Of a stretch of DNA of 36,016 bases, positions 16,687-25,230 are shown one piece after another. The translations under genes were made by a program, and so were the position numbers. The DNA is taken from the NCBI GenBank assembly GCA_001817055.1, contig MHHP01000021.1:1-36016 (forward strand). The letters run 5' to 3'. Below the pieces are notes generated by a model. The model saw nothing but the letters and a program-made list of their open reading frames with translations, had not been told where the DNA came from and did not search any database. Numbering within the stretch: the first letter of the stretch is position 1; the number at the start of each line of letters is the position of its first letter. Source of the DNA: Candidatus Andersenbacteria bacterium RIFCSPHIGHO2_02_FULL_45_11. GTDB taxonomy: Bacteria > Patescibacteriota > Andersenbacteria > UBA10190.

Positions 16687-17279
16687 ACACCTCATTAAAC
16701 ACGCCGTACTTAGTACTCACCGGAGTAGTGGTGATTGCAATTGCGTTCCTTTTTACCGTACTGCAGCCATTGATGGATTCTATTAGTACGGCTAAAAGCA
16801 GCATTGAAAGCAATACTAGTTCACTTGCAGAAAAAGAAGCATTTTTACAATCGCTGGATGCAAAGATAAACCAATTGCGTTCTCAGCCAGATATTGAACG
16901 GCAGCTTGCGGCAGTGATTCCAGAAACAGAGCGCTCTCAAGATATTATCCGTGTTGTAGATCAGTACGCAAAAGAATCTGGCGTTACACTCACTGCAATT
17001 ACGAACAATGCTTCTCAAACAAAAGCGCGCGCAAACGCAAGTAAGGCAAGAGGGGATTTGAACTTGGTGCCGGAAGGTATTCAGATTATAACGTTGCAGC
17101 TAGGAGTTTCAGGTAACTACCAGCAGGTGCGCGCCTTTCTCGCAGGTCTTGAGAAGTCGCCCCGTATTGTTGATGTGGCTCGTATCACAATCAGCAAAGT
17201 CCCAGAGCAGCCAGAAGCTGTTACGGCATCTTTAGTAATCCAGCTGTACGCAAGAGCAGAAGAAACTCCAAGTTCATAA
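16677..17279 (+). CDS. pilO: PilO-like pilus assembly protein
   Basis: Single N-terminal TM helix, a coiled coil, then a ferredoxin-like C-terminal part. It overlaps pilN by 10 nt. Confidence 0.55.
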   Translation: MAINTSLNTPYLVLTGVVVIAIAFLFTVLQPLMDSISTAKSSIESNTSSLAEKEAFLQSLDAKINQLRSQPDIERQLAAVIPETERSQDIIRVVDQYAKESGVTLTAITNNASQTKARANASKARGDLNLVPEGIQIITLQLGVSGNYQQVRAFLAGLEKSPRIVDVARITISKVPEQPEAVTASLVIQLYARAEETPSS

Positions 17280-17288
17280 TATATCTCT

Positions 17289-17588
17289 ATGGAAACTGCA
17301 TCACCACAACGAATGACAATCATTATCCTCGGGGCAGTATTGCTTGCTGCGGTTGCAGTAGGCGCAGTGATTTACTTTACTCCAACATTAAATGTGGGTC
17401 CGGAAACAGCAGTAGTATCGGAGGATCAGGGGTCTGCCGTAAGTCGTGACGAAGTCGCTACTTCAGGGTTTGACACGGCAGTATTATCGCAGCCCAATTA
17501 CACTTCATTAGATGCAACCTTGTTTGCGCGAGGCCTTCTTCCAGTACAGCCGCCAGCAACAGCAGGCAAGCCGAATCCATTTCAATAA
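17289..17588 (+). CDS. Small single-pass membrane protein of the pilus operon, unknown function
   Basis: 99 aa with one TM helix (IIILGAVLLAAVAVGAVIY) and a Pro-rich C-terminus. It lies between pilO and pilB with 2-9 nt gaps. Confidence 0.5.
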   Translation: METASPQRMTIIILGAVLLAAVAVGAVIYFTPTLNVGPETAVVSEDQGSAVSRDEVATSGFDTAVLSQPNYTSLDATLFARGLLPVQPPATAGKPNPFQ

Positions 17589-17590
17589 AC

Positions 17591-19330
17591 ATGGACAGTA
17601 ACGATCAACTTCTCGCAGTCTTGGTAGAGCGCGGGAGTGTAACGCAAGAGCAGCGTACTCATATAGAGGAGCGCATGAAGGCAGATGGCATATCTGCTAA
17701 GGCTGTTATATTGAGCGAGAAGATTATTTTATCGGAAGATCTTGCAGTCATTCAGGCCCAGTTGCTCGAGGTGCCATATGTAGATTTAACTAAGGTGCCG
17801 GTTCATGGCGAAGCGATGCACGATATATCGCGTAAAGCAGCTGCAACATATAGGTTTGTCGCTTTTGATAAAAAAGGAACAACGCTCCTGGTTGCAATGG
17901 AATCACCAGATGATTTTCAGGCTGCAGAAGCCGTAAAGTTTATCGCAAAGCGGAAAGGGTTAACTCCTCAAATATATTTGGCATCTTCAGATGCTATCGA
18001 CCAAGCGCTTGGTGGCGCAGGTGCAGTAGAGGCAGAAATTGGGGGAGCACTCAAAGAATTTTCTCAAGAACTCAAAGAAGCGGGTGAAGGGGAGAAGACA
18101 GGTGCAAGCATTGAGCGCATTGTAGAAGAAGCTCCTGTTACAAAAGTTGTTGCCGTGATGATACGCCACGCAATTGAAGGGCACTCGTCCGATATCCATA
18201 TTGAGCCTACTGAGAAAGAAGTGCGTATTCGGTATCGGATAGATGGAAAATTGCACACATCACTTGTGCTGCCGCTTAAAGTCCACGCAGCTATTATTTC
18301 TCGCATCAAGATTTTATCAAATCTCAAAATCGATGAATCTCGACTACCTCAAGATGGGCGCTTTTCTGCAACGGTGGATAGTCGCTCGTATGATTTCCGC
18401 GTTTCCACCATGCCAACAACATTCGGCGAAAAGGTGGCAATGCGTATTTTGGATAAATCGAGCGGAGCACCATCCTTTGAAGAGCTGGGCTTGCGAGGAA
18501 AGATGCAAGAAGTATTTGCGCAGTACTTGCATTCACCGTATGGCATCATCTTAATATCTGGCCCTACTGGCTCTGGGAAATCCACTACGCTTTTTACGTC
18601 GCTCTCGCTGCTCAATAGCCAGGAAGCGAATATCGTAACACTAGAAGACCCAGTAGAATACGAAATTATTGGTGTAAATCAAACTCAGGTGCAGCCAGAA
18701 ATTGGGCTTACGTTTGCCTCGGGCTTGCGGAGTATTCTGCGCCAAGATCCAGATATTATTATGGTGGGGGAAATTCGAGATAGAGATACCGCAGAACTTT
18801 CCGTGCATGCAGCATTAACCGGCCACCTTGTACTCTCTACCATTCATACCAACGGTGCAATTGGCGCAATTCCTCGTTTAATCGATATGGGGATTGATGG
18901 ATTCTTGTTATCTGCAAGTGTTCGCTTGCTTGCGGCACAGCGCCTTGTTCCGCGGCTGTGCCAGGCGTGCAAAGAAGAGGTGCCGATGGCAGACGCAATA
19001 CGAGAAAAGGTGCTCTCTGAACTCGCAACGCTTCCTGCCGACTATATGGTGGAAGAAAACCAGCGTACTCCAAGAGTATTCTATAAAAGCCCCGGGTGCC
19101 CGGAATGCAAAGAAATGGGTATTTTAGGGCGCTTGGCAATTTTTGAAGTAGTGCCCATTTCTCGTAAAATGCGTACGGCAATCAATGATTTTTCGGATTT
19201 TGACACGCTTTCTGCTATTGCAAAGAATGAGGGGATGGTCACGATGCGCCAAGATGGGCTCTTAAAAGCTCTTACCGGGGAAGTTCGATACGAAGATGTG
19301 ATGCGAGTGACTTCAGAAACTGAAGTTTAA
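17591..19330 (+). CDS. pilB: Type IV pilus assembly (extension) ATPase PilB / GspE family
   Basis: N-terminal GSPII_E_N-like domain, Walker A GPTGSGKSTT, Asp box, Walker B, His box, and a tetracysteine motif CQAC...CPEC. Confidence 0.9.
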   Translation: MDSNDQLLAVLVERGSVTQEQRTHIEERMKADGISAKAVILSEKIILSEDLAVIQAQLLEVPYVDLTKVPVHGEAMHDISRKAAATYRFVAFDKKGTTLLVAMESPDDFQAAEAVKFIAKRKGLTPQIYLASSDAIDQALGGAGAVEAEIGGALKEFSQELKEAGEGEKTGASIERIVEEAPVTKVVAVMIRHAIEGHSSDIHIEPTEKEVRIRYRIDGKLHTSLVLPLKVHAAIISRIKILSNLKIDESRLPQDGRFSATVDSRSYDFRVSTMPTTFGEKVAMRILDKSSGAPSFEELGLRGKMQEVFAQYLHSPYGIILISGPTGSGKSTTLFTSLSLLNSQEANIVTLEDPVEYEIIGVNQTQVQPEIGLTFASGLRSILRQDPDIIMVGEIRDRDTAELSVHAALTGHLVLSTIHTNGAIGAIPRLIDMGIDGFLLSASVRLLAAQRLVPRLCQACKEEVPMADAIREKVLSELATLPADYMVEENQRTPRVFYKSPGCPECKEMGILGRLAIFEVVPISRKMRTAINDFSDFDTLSAIAKNEGMVTMRQDGLLKALTGEVRYEDVMRVTSETEV

Positions 19331-19331
19331 G

Positions 19332-19340
19332 TGGTATACT
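19332..19340 (+). promoter_or_regulatory. Extended -10 element (TGGTATACT) 7 nt upstream of the receiver gene ATG
   Basis: Reads TGnTATACT. The ATACTTTTCACTATG context recurs upstream of the GH130 gene (3157-3172). Confidence 0.4.
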
Positions 19341-19347
19341 TTTCACT

Positions 19348-19743
19348 ATGAGTACCAAAGCATTCATCTATTTAGTAGAAGACGATTCGTTTATCTCTGG
19401 CATGTACCAGACAAAGCTGAAAAATATGGGGTATACCGTAGAGCTTGCAGCAGATGGTGAAGTTGCTTGGGCACGTTTGCAACAAGAGCCGCTTCCAGAT
19501 CTTGTGCTGCTTGATGTGGTATTACCGAAAAAGGATGGATTTGAAATTTTAGAAGAGCTGCGTGCAAATGATCGCACACGGAATCTTCCTGTAATTCTGC
19601 TTACAAATCTTGGGCAAAAGCCAGACGTAGAGCGTGGGGTAAAGCTTGGTGCTGACGACTATATTATTAAAGCGCACTACACCCCTTCTGAAGTGATGGA
19701 AAAAGTTGAGAAGATTTTACGGGCAAAGCATGAGGGCGATTGA
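19348..19743 (+). CDS. Stand-alone response-regulator receiver (CheY/PilH-like)
   Basis: Acidic pocket EDD, phospho-acceptor in LLDVVLP, LLTN (Thr) and IIKA (Lys). There is no output domain. Confidence 0.85.
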   Translation: MSTKAFIYLVEDDSFISGMYQTKLKNMGYTVELAADGEVAWARLQQEPLPDLVLLDVVLPKKDGFEILEELRANDRTRNLPVILLTNLGQKPDVERGVKLGADDYIIKAHYTPSEVMEKVEKILRAKHEGD

Positions 19744-20779
19744 TGACTTGCTCCGTGAGGCGCAAGAATACGGTGCTTCAGATGTGCATATTAGTTTTGC
19801 ACGCCCTCCGTTTTTCCGTATCGATGGGAAGTTAGCTCCTGTAGGGGAGAAGCCAATCGATGCTGCGGAGCTTGCAGCCATGATGGAGCATTTACTTGGC
19901 TCAGGTGAGCAGCACGGCAAAACGCTTGCGCGTGACCGCCAGGTTGATTTTTCGTATGCGTTAGAAGGTGGCGTGCGGTTTCGTGTTAACGTCTTCTATC
20001 ACGTAGGTCAGCTGGCCGCGGCGCTTCGTCTCATCCCTTCAACTATTCAAATGGTGCATGAGCTCAATTTGCCTCCACAGATTCTTCAGTTTGCAGAATT
20101 TAAGCAGGGGTTCGTACTTGTAGTTGGCCCTGCTGGGCACGGTAAATCTACAACACTCGCTGCACTTATTGAGTATATAAATACCAATCGTCGCGAGCAT
20201 ATTATTACAATTGAAGACCCCATTGAGTTTTTGTTTACCGATAAGCAGTCCATTATAGATCAGCGTGAAGTGGGAGAGGATGCGCCATCGTTTGCTGATG
20301 CAATCCGCGTAACACTTCGGCAAGACCCAAACATCATAATGATCGGGGAAATTCGTGATCAGGAATCTATGCAAACAGCGCTCACTGTTGCAGAAACGGG
20401 GCATTTGGTGTTTGCGACGTTGCATACTAACGATGCGGGCCAAACGATTGAACGTATTATCGACTCATTCCCATCAGAGCAACAGCAGCAAGTGCGCGGG
20501 CAGCTTGCAAATGCGCTATCTGGTGTTATATCTCAGCGCTTATTGCCTTGGGTTTCTGGGGGGCGTATTCCTGCCGTGGAAATCATGATGGCCACAACTG
20601 CTATTCGTAACGTTATTCGTGAAGGTAATGTGCATCAAGTGGCCGGAATTATTCAGACAAGTTCCGATGTAGGAATGCAAACTATGGACTCAAGCTTGCA
20701 GGCGTTGGTAGACGCGGGGGCAGTGCGGCTAGAAGATGCCAGGGCGTATTTTTCTTCCTCAAAACGGATGCTGCGCTAA
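19730..20779 (+). CDS. pilT: Type IV pilus retraction ATPase PilT
   Basis: ASDVHI, Walker A GPAGHGKSTT, ITIEDPIEF, GEIRD, and HLVFATLHTNDA (His box). ATG 19730 overlaps the receiver gene by 14 nt. Confidence 0.9.
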   Translation: MRAIDDLLREAQEYGASDVHISFARPPFFRIDGKLAPVGEKPIDAAELAAMMEHLLGSGEQHGKTLARDRQVDFSYALEGGVRFRVNVFYHVGQLAAALRLIPSTIQMVHELNLPPQILQFAEFKQGFVLVVGPAGHGKSTTLAALIEYINTNRREHIITIEDPIEFLFTDKQSIIDQREVGEDAPSFADAIRVTLRQDPNIIMIGEIRDQESMQTALTVAETGHLVFATLHTNDAGQTIERIIDSFPSEQQQQVRGQLANALSGVISQRLLPWVSGGRIPAVEIMMATTAIRNVIREGNVHQVAGIIQTSSDVGMQTMDSSLQALVDAGAVRLEDARAYFSSSKRMLR

Positions 20780-20806
20780 AAAGTCATGGTATACTGCATA
20801 TAATCT

Positions 20807-22015
20807 ATGGCTACTTTTGCATACAGAGCTCGCCAAGCAGATGGGGCATTAACGCGCGGTACTCTCCGTGCTGCAAATGAAGAGCGCGCTAGTAGTCTGT
20901 TGCGCACACACGGGCTAACTCCAATTTCATTTGAGCGCGTAGAAGAACAATCGGTTCTGCATCGCTCGCTATCGTTTGGTACTGTAAGCACTAAAGAGCT
21001 CATTGTCTTTTTCCGAGAAGCTTCATCTATGATTATGGCTGGCGTGCCTGTTCTCGAAACGCTCAAGGCTCTCCAGGTGCAGTCCAAAAAAGAACGATTC
21101 ACAAAAGTCATCCGTGAAATTATTTATGATATTGAATCGGGCGAATCGCTCTCTATTGCATTAAGTAAACATGCCACCACCTTTAACCCGTTTATCCTTG
21201 GCATTGTTCGCACGGGTGAGGCGAGTGGAAAACTTGGCGATTCTCTCACTGCTATCGCAAATCAGCTGGAAGAGGAATACGGCTTTCAGCGCAAAGTGCG
21301 TGCCGCTCTAATCTACCCGGCATTCGTATTGGCGCTAGTAGTTATACTCGTTATTATTATGTTTACGTTCGTACTGCCGCAGTTGGTAGGGCTGTTCGCA
21401 GATGCAGGGGTACAGTTGCCACTTGCCACAAGAATCTTGATCGCCATTACAAATTTCTTAACAAACTATTGGGCGGTTTTGCTTGTTTGTGCCGTAGCGT
21501 TAGGCCTGCTATTTCGTTCGTGGATTAAAACTGCAGAAGGCCGATACACATTTAGCAGTATGATGCTCAATATTCCGCTGCTACGTGAAGTTATTCAAAA
21601 AGTATATTTGGCGCGTATGACGAGCGCCCTCGCAACGCTGTTTGCGAGCGATGTGCCGGTAATTGAGGCGTTGTCGCTCGCTCGCGAATCTATTGGTAAC
21701 CGCGTGTATCAAAGAATATTGGATGATACGGTGCAGTCTATTAAAGACGGCGCATCTATTTCGTACGTATGGGAACAAGAGCCTCATATTCCGGCCATGT
21801 TAACCACAATGGTAAATGTGGGGGAGAAGAGTGGGGAAGTTTCCAAAGCATTTACACAAGCAAACAAGTTTTTCTCACGAGATGTTGCAGATATTTTGGA
21901 GACGATCACGATTTTACTCGAGCCAATCCTGATTATTATTCTTGGTATCGGCGTTGGTATTATTGTTGGTTCCGTATTGTTGCCGATCTACAATCTTGTG
22001 CTTGTTATTGCATAA
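20807..22015 (+). CDS. pilC: Type IV pilus platform protein PilC (GspF family)
   Basis: Two T2SS-F repeats, three TM segments, 402 aa. Confidence 0.9.
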   Translation: MATFAYRARQADGALTRGTLRAANEERASSLLRTHGLTPISFERVEEQSVLHRSLSFGTVSTKELIVFFREASSMIMAGVPVLETLKALQVQSKKERFTKVIREIIYDIESGESLSIALSKHATTFNPFILGIVRTGEASGKLGDSLTAIANQLEEEYGFQRKVRAALIYPAFVLALVVILVIIMFTFVLPQLVGLFADAGVQLPLATRILIAITNFLTNYWAVLLVCAVALGLLFRSWIKTAEGRYTFSSMMLNIPLLREVIQKVYLARMTSALATLFASDVPVIEALSLARESIGNRVYQRILDDTVQSIKDGASISYVWEQEPHIPAMLTTMVNVGEKSGEVSKAFTQANKFFSRDVADILETITILLEPILIIILGIGVGIIVGSVLLPIYNLVLVIA

Positions 22016-22019
22016 TATG

Positions 22020-22028
22020 TGGTATGCT
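22020..22028 (+). promoter_or_regulatory. Extended -10 element (TGGTATGCT) upstream of the major pilin gene
   Basis: Reads TGnTATGCT, about 48 nt upstream of ATG 22077. The leader carries GGGAGG (22062-22067). This is one of the few Shine-Dalgarno-led genes in the window. Confidence 0.35.
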
Positions 22029-22076
22029 TGCATGTAATATGTGGACAACACAAACGATGAAGGGAGGTGAGTGTAT

Positions 22077-22532
22077 ATGAATAAAACAAATAAAGGGTTT
22101 ACACTCATCGAATTGCTCGTAGTAATTGCAATTATCGGTATCTTGGCGAGCTTGGTGCTCGTAGCACTCGGAAATGCAAGGAACAAGGCTAGCGATGCTC
22201 GTGTGAAGTCAAACATCTCTCAGTTGCGAACACTCGCAGAGCAGATTTATGACAACGCAGGATCTTCGTACGCTACGGTCGCAGATTGTTTTGGAACAGC
22301 AACTCCATTGACAGGGCCGTGCGAAGGTTCACACACTAGCGTTGATGCATTGCAAACAGATTTAACTGCTGCAAATGGAGTCGCAGACCCAGGATTGGCT
22401 GCAGTTGACTCTGCGACAGGATACTGCGTTTCGGCTCAGCTAAAGAGTGATACTGCAAGTTATTTCTGTGCTGATAGCACGGGAGTTGCAAAAGTAACAG
22501 CAGCTGCATGCACCTTAGTAACATGTCCGTAA
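22077..22532 (+). CDS. pilA: Type IV major pilin (prepilin with class III signal peptide)
   Basis: MNKTNKG|FTLIELLVVIAIIGILASL, six Cys in the C-terminal half, a strong Shine-Dalgarno sequence and a strong terminator. Confidence 0.85.
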   Translation: MNKTNKGFTLIELLVVIAIIGILASLVLVALGNARNKASDARVKSNISQLRTLAEQIYDNAGSSYATVADCFGTATPLTGPCEGSHTSVDALQTDLTAANGVADPGLAAVDSATGYCVSAQLKSDTASYFCADSTGVAKVTAAACTLVTCP

Positions 22533-22558
22533 TTCGATAATTTCGGATAGTACTATAC

Positions 22559-22593
22559 CTAACCCCGTCTGCAGGCGGGGTTAGTTTGTTTTT
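22559..22593 (+). terminator. Rho-independent terminator after the major pilin gene
   Basis: ctaaccccgtc-tgca-ggcggggttag is followed by tttgttttt. Confidence 0.75.
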
Positions 22594-22613
22594 AGTCGTG
22601 CTATGATGCACAT

Positions 22614-23462
22614 ATGCTTGAAACTGTATTTACTATATTCATTCTCTTCGCTCTCGGCGCTGCAATCGGCAGTTTTTTGCATGTAGTTGCAGAGCGATAT
22701 ATGGACGCTCTAACCTCCCCTAACCCCTCCTTCGTAAGGAGGGGAATGCGACGCGTTCTCTCCCCCTTACGAAGGGGGAGCTGGAGGGGGTTAGTCTTAG
22801 GGAGGTCGTACTGCCCACATTGCAAGAAGCAATTAACTGCCCGCGAACTCGTACCCATTTTTTCGTATATATTTCAAAAAGGACGATGCAGAGGATGTGG
22901 TGTGCGCATTCCAATGCACTACGCAGTACTGGAGGTGCTATCAGGAATTTTGTGTGTCGCATTCATTGCGCCTGCATTCGTAGCAGGTCAGCTATTAACT
23001 ATTCCCATATTGCTCTACATAGCAGCATGTATATTGATTATATTAATTCACATAGATGCGCGCAGTATGATGCTGCCTGATGTGTTTATTTTGATACTTG
23101 GAATTATTGCGCTCGTAATCGCCAGTATTTCCGGGCTATCTGGTGATAGTATGGCGTTTGGCGCGCTTGTGGGTGCGGGGGTGATCTATGCAATATGGCT
23201 CGCAACTGCAGGGCAGGGTATAGGATTTGGGGATGTAAAGCTGATGATCCCGCTCGGCATCTTATTCGGGTTTCAGGGCGTGGTAACGTTGCTTTTTATT
23301 GCCTTTCTAGTTGGAGGGCTTGTAGGGGTAGTGTTACTTGCAACTAACAGCGCAACACGGAAAACCGCAATCCCATTTGGGCCATTTTTAGCTGGCGCTG
23401 CCCTTGTGCTTATGGTATTTCCATCTATTTCTGATCGGTTTTTTGTGCTTTTAGGGGTATGA
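22614..23462 (+). CDS. pilD: Prepilin peptidase PilD (A24 family) carrying a repeat-derived insert of about 30 aa
   Basis: GSFLHVV, CPHC...RCRGC zinc motif, GFGDVKLM and PFGPFL active-site Asp motifs. TGCTATGAT (22599-22607) lies 6 nt before the ATG. Confidence 0.9.
   Translation: MLETVFTIFILFALGAAIGSFLHVVAERYMDALTSPNPSFVRRGMRRVLSPLRRGSWRGLVLGRSYCPHCKKQLTARELVPIFSYIFQKGRCRGCGVRIPMHYAVLEVLSGILCVAFIAPAFVAGQLLTIPILLYIAACILIILIHIDARSMMLPDVFILILGIIALVIASISGLSGDSMAFGALVGAGVIYAIWLATAGQGIGFGDVKLMIPLGILFGFQGVVTLLFIAFLVGGLVGVVLLATNSATRKTAIPFGPFLAGAALVLMVFPSISDRFFVLLGV
22709..22806 (+). repeat. MITE-like GC-rich element (family C variant) in frame inside pilD
   Basis: Two 9-bp-stem hairpins: cccctcctt-cgt-aaggagggg (22724-22744) and ctccccctt-acg-aagggggag (22760-22780). 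Imperfect inverted termini: acctcccctaa..cccctcc on the left, ggagggggtt..ttagggaggt on the right. The 3' half tctccccctt.cgaagggggagctggagggggt matches the pheT/htpX core. Confidence 0.8.
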
Positions 23463-23469
23463 TTAGGGT

Positions 23470-24168
23470 ATGAAGTTCGTGACATTCGTTCGCGCTCCCT
23501 TCTCCCCAGACGGGGAGAAGGCGAGGATGAGGGGGTATCGTCGCGCCCATTTTCCCCTCACCCCAACCCTCTCCCCGTCCGGGGCGAGGGGGGCTACGAT
23601 GGGCTTTTCCCTCGTCGAATCTCTCGTTATCATTTCCATTATCAGTATATTGGCTTCGTTGTCTTTGGTTGCCCTTCCGGCTGCGCGTGCGCACCAGCAG
23701 CTTATTTCGGATACTGAACTGATACAGTCGTTATTGCTAGATACAAAAGAGCGTGCATTAAATCAGGTACGCCCAGAAGGGTGCCTACGAGATGATTCAA
23801 ATCCAGAATCGGCAGATCGCGCTGCCTGTTCAGATGTAGGGATTATATTTGAAGGCGGTAAAGTTATGCAGTTCGCTAATATTGCAGGAGGAACAGAAGA
23901 AGATCCGGACTATGTCTATAGTGGTGACACAGAGCATCCTATTGTAGAGCACCAACTTCTTACGTCTGTAGTTGAGGAGGAAGAGGGTGGCGTAAGGCAA
24001 ATCCTGTTTCGGTCTGTTCCGCCATCCGTTGAGACGTATAAAGATGGGGCAGTTATGGAGCCGAAAGATACTGCACATATAACGCTCAAAGCGAGTAATG
24101 GAGAATTACGCAAGCTCGCGGTGAGTCAGTTTGGTACACTAGATATTGTTAATGATTATGCAAAATAA
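23470..24168 (+). CDS. Minor (pseudo)pilin with a prepilin N-terminal motif
   Basis: G|FSLVESLVIISIISILASL. The long form starts at ATG 23470, giving a 44-aa leader encoded almost wholly by repeat B3. An alternative ATG at 23599 gives MG|FSLVE, with a GAGGGGGG element from the repeat upstream. Confidence 0.7.
   Translation: MKFVTFVRAPFSPDGEKARMRGYRRAHFPLTPTLSPSGARGATMGFSLVESLVIISIISILASLSLVALPAARAHQQLISDTELIQSLLLDTKERALNQVRPEGCLRDDSNPESADRAACSDVGIIFEGGKVMQFANIAGGTEEDPDYVYSGDTEHPIVEHQLLTSVVEEEEGGVRQILFRSVPPSVETYKDGAVMEPKDTAHITLKASNGELRKLAVSQFGTLDIVNDYAK
23487..23596 (+). repeat. Composite GC-rich hairpin repeat, family B, copy 3 (5' end of a minor pilin gene)
   Basis: cgcgctcccttctccccagacggggagaaggcgaggatgaggggg...cccctcaccccaaccctctccccgtccggggcgagggg. 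It lacks the 20-bp palindrome module present in copies 1 and 2. Confidence 0.85.
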
Positions 24169-24601
24169 AGGGTTTACACTTGTAGAAGTATTAATCGGAC
24201 TGTCTATTGCCACAGCTGCTGCGGTATCTGTTGCATATACAATCGCAAATACGAATAAAGTTGCCGATGCGGGAAAGCAAACATTTATTGCAACTAACTT
24301 AGCGCATGAAGGATTGGAATTAACGCGGGCATTGCGTGATGATATATGGTTTACGGAAGGTGTGCAGGAGGATGCTGATTGGTCCGATGAAATAGTGGTG
24401 AGTGAAGATATTAATAAAACTATAATTTTTGATCAAGACCCAACAGAATTCATTCGTACGGTTATGATAACTCAAGATGATGACCATGATGAGTATATTA
24501 ACGTGACTTCGAAAGTGGACTGGACAAGTGCTCGGGGAGAGGGGAAAAACGTTGAAATAAAAGAAAAGCTTTATAATTGGTATGTAACGCCAACACCATG
24601 A
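24158..24601 (+). CDS. Minor pilin (prepilin-type N-terminal cleavage/methylation domain)
   Basis: MQNKG|FTLVEVLIGLSIA. It overlaps the upstream gene's stop. An alternative ATG lies at 24152. Confidence 0.75.
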   Translation: MQNKGFTLVEVLIGLSIATAAAVSVAYTIANTNKVADAGKQTFIATNLAHEGLELTRALRDDIWFTEGVQEDADWSDEIVVSEDINKTIIFDQDPTEFIRTVMITQDDDHDEYINVTSKVDWTSARGEGKNVEIKEKLYNWYVTPTP

Positions 24602-25230
24602 AAACGAAATCAAAGATTAACGTCGCGTATTTCTCCCCCTTGGATAAGGGGGAGCGCGAGGGGGTAGTAACGCTACGTCCGACCCCACCTCGCCTCCCCT
24701 CATATGAGGGGAGGAAATCTGCTGCGTTCACGCTGATCGAATTATTAATCGCCATGGGCATATTTGCCGTATTTATTACGATTATTACGGGGGTGTTTAC
24801 GAACTTTATCCAAGTTCAACGCCACGCCATTGCGCAAGGGCAATTAATTTCAGACATGCGGTCTGCAATGGAGGCGTTTATAAAAGAAGCGCGAACAGGC
24901 TACGGGTCTACGTATGCAGCTGAGGGGGACGCAGTTGTATTTGTGAATCAAAATAATGATTGTATTACGTTCCGAGTTATTGACGGTCAATTCAAGCGTG
25001 CAGATGCGGGGGAGCAAGATGTGTGTAGCGCTGAGGATTCCGATAGTAATCGTTTTAGCCCTATCACGAGTAAGGCGACAGAAATTATTGGCCTTGAGTT
25101 TAGCATTCCCGTTGACCGTGTTATCACAATCAAGCTCACGGCTACATCTAAAAAAGACGGCATTCCGCCAATTAGCATTCAAAATTCTATAACATCTCGC
25201 CAAATGGAACCATATGCGCAGAACCAATAA
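24598..25230 (+). CDS. Minor pilin with the family A repeat in its leader
   Basis: ATGA start/stop overlap with the upstream gene. The sequence reads MKTKSKINVA-[YFSPLDKGEREGVVTLRPTPPRLPSYEGRKS]-AAFTLIELLIAMGIF. No in-frame ATG, GTG or TTG lies between the repeat and the FTLIELL motif. Confidence 0.7.
   Translation: MKTKSKINVAYFSPLDKGEREGVVTLRPTPPRLPSYEGRKSAAFTLIELLIAMGIFAVFITIITGVFTNFIQVQRHAIAQGQLISDMRSAMEAFIKEARTGYGSTYAAEGDAVVFVNQNNDCITFRVIDGQFKRADAGEQDVCSAEDSDSNRFSPITSKATEIIGLEFSIPVDRVITIKLTATSKKDGIPPISIQNSITSRQMEPYAQNQ
24625..24719 (+). repeat. GC-rich double-hairpin repeat, family A, copy 2 (in frame, minor pilin leader)
   Basis: 95 bp, identical to 25241-25335. Hairpins ctccccctt-ggat-aagggggag and cctcccctca-ta-tgaggggagg. 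Confidence 0.9.
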
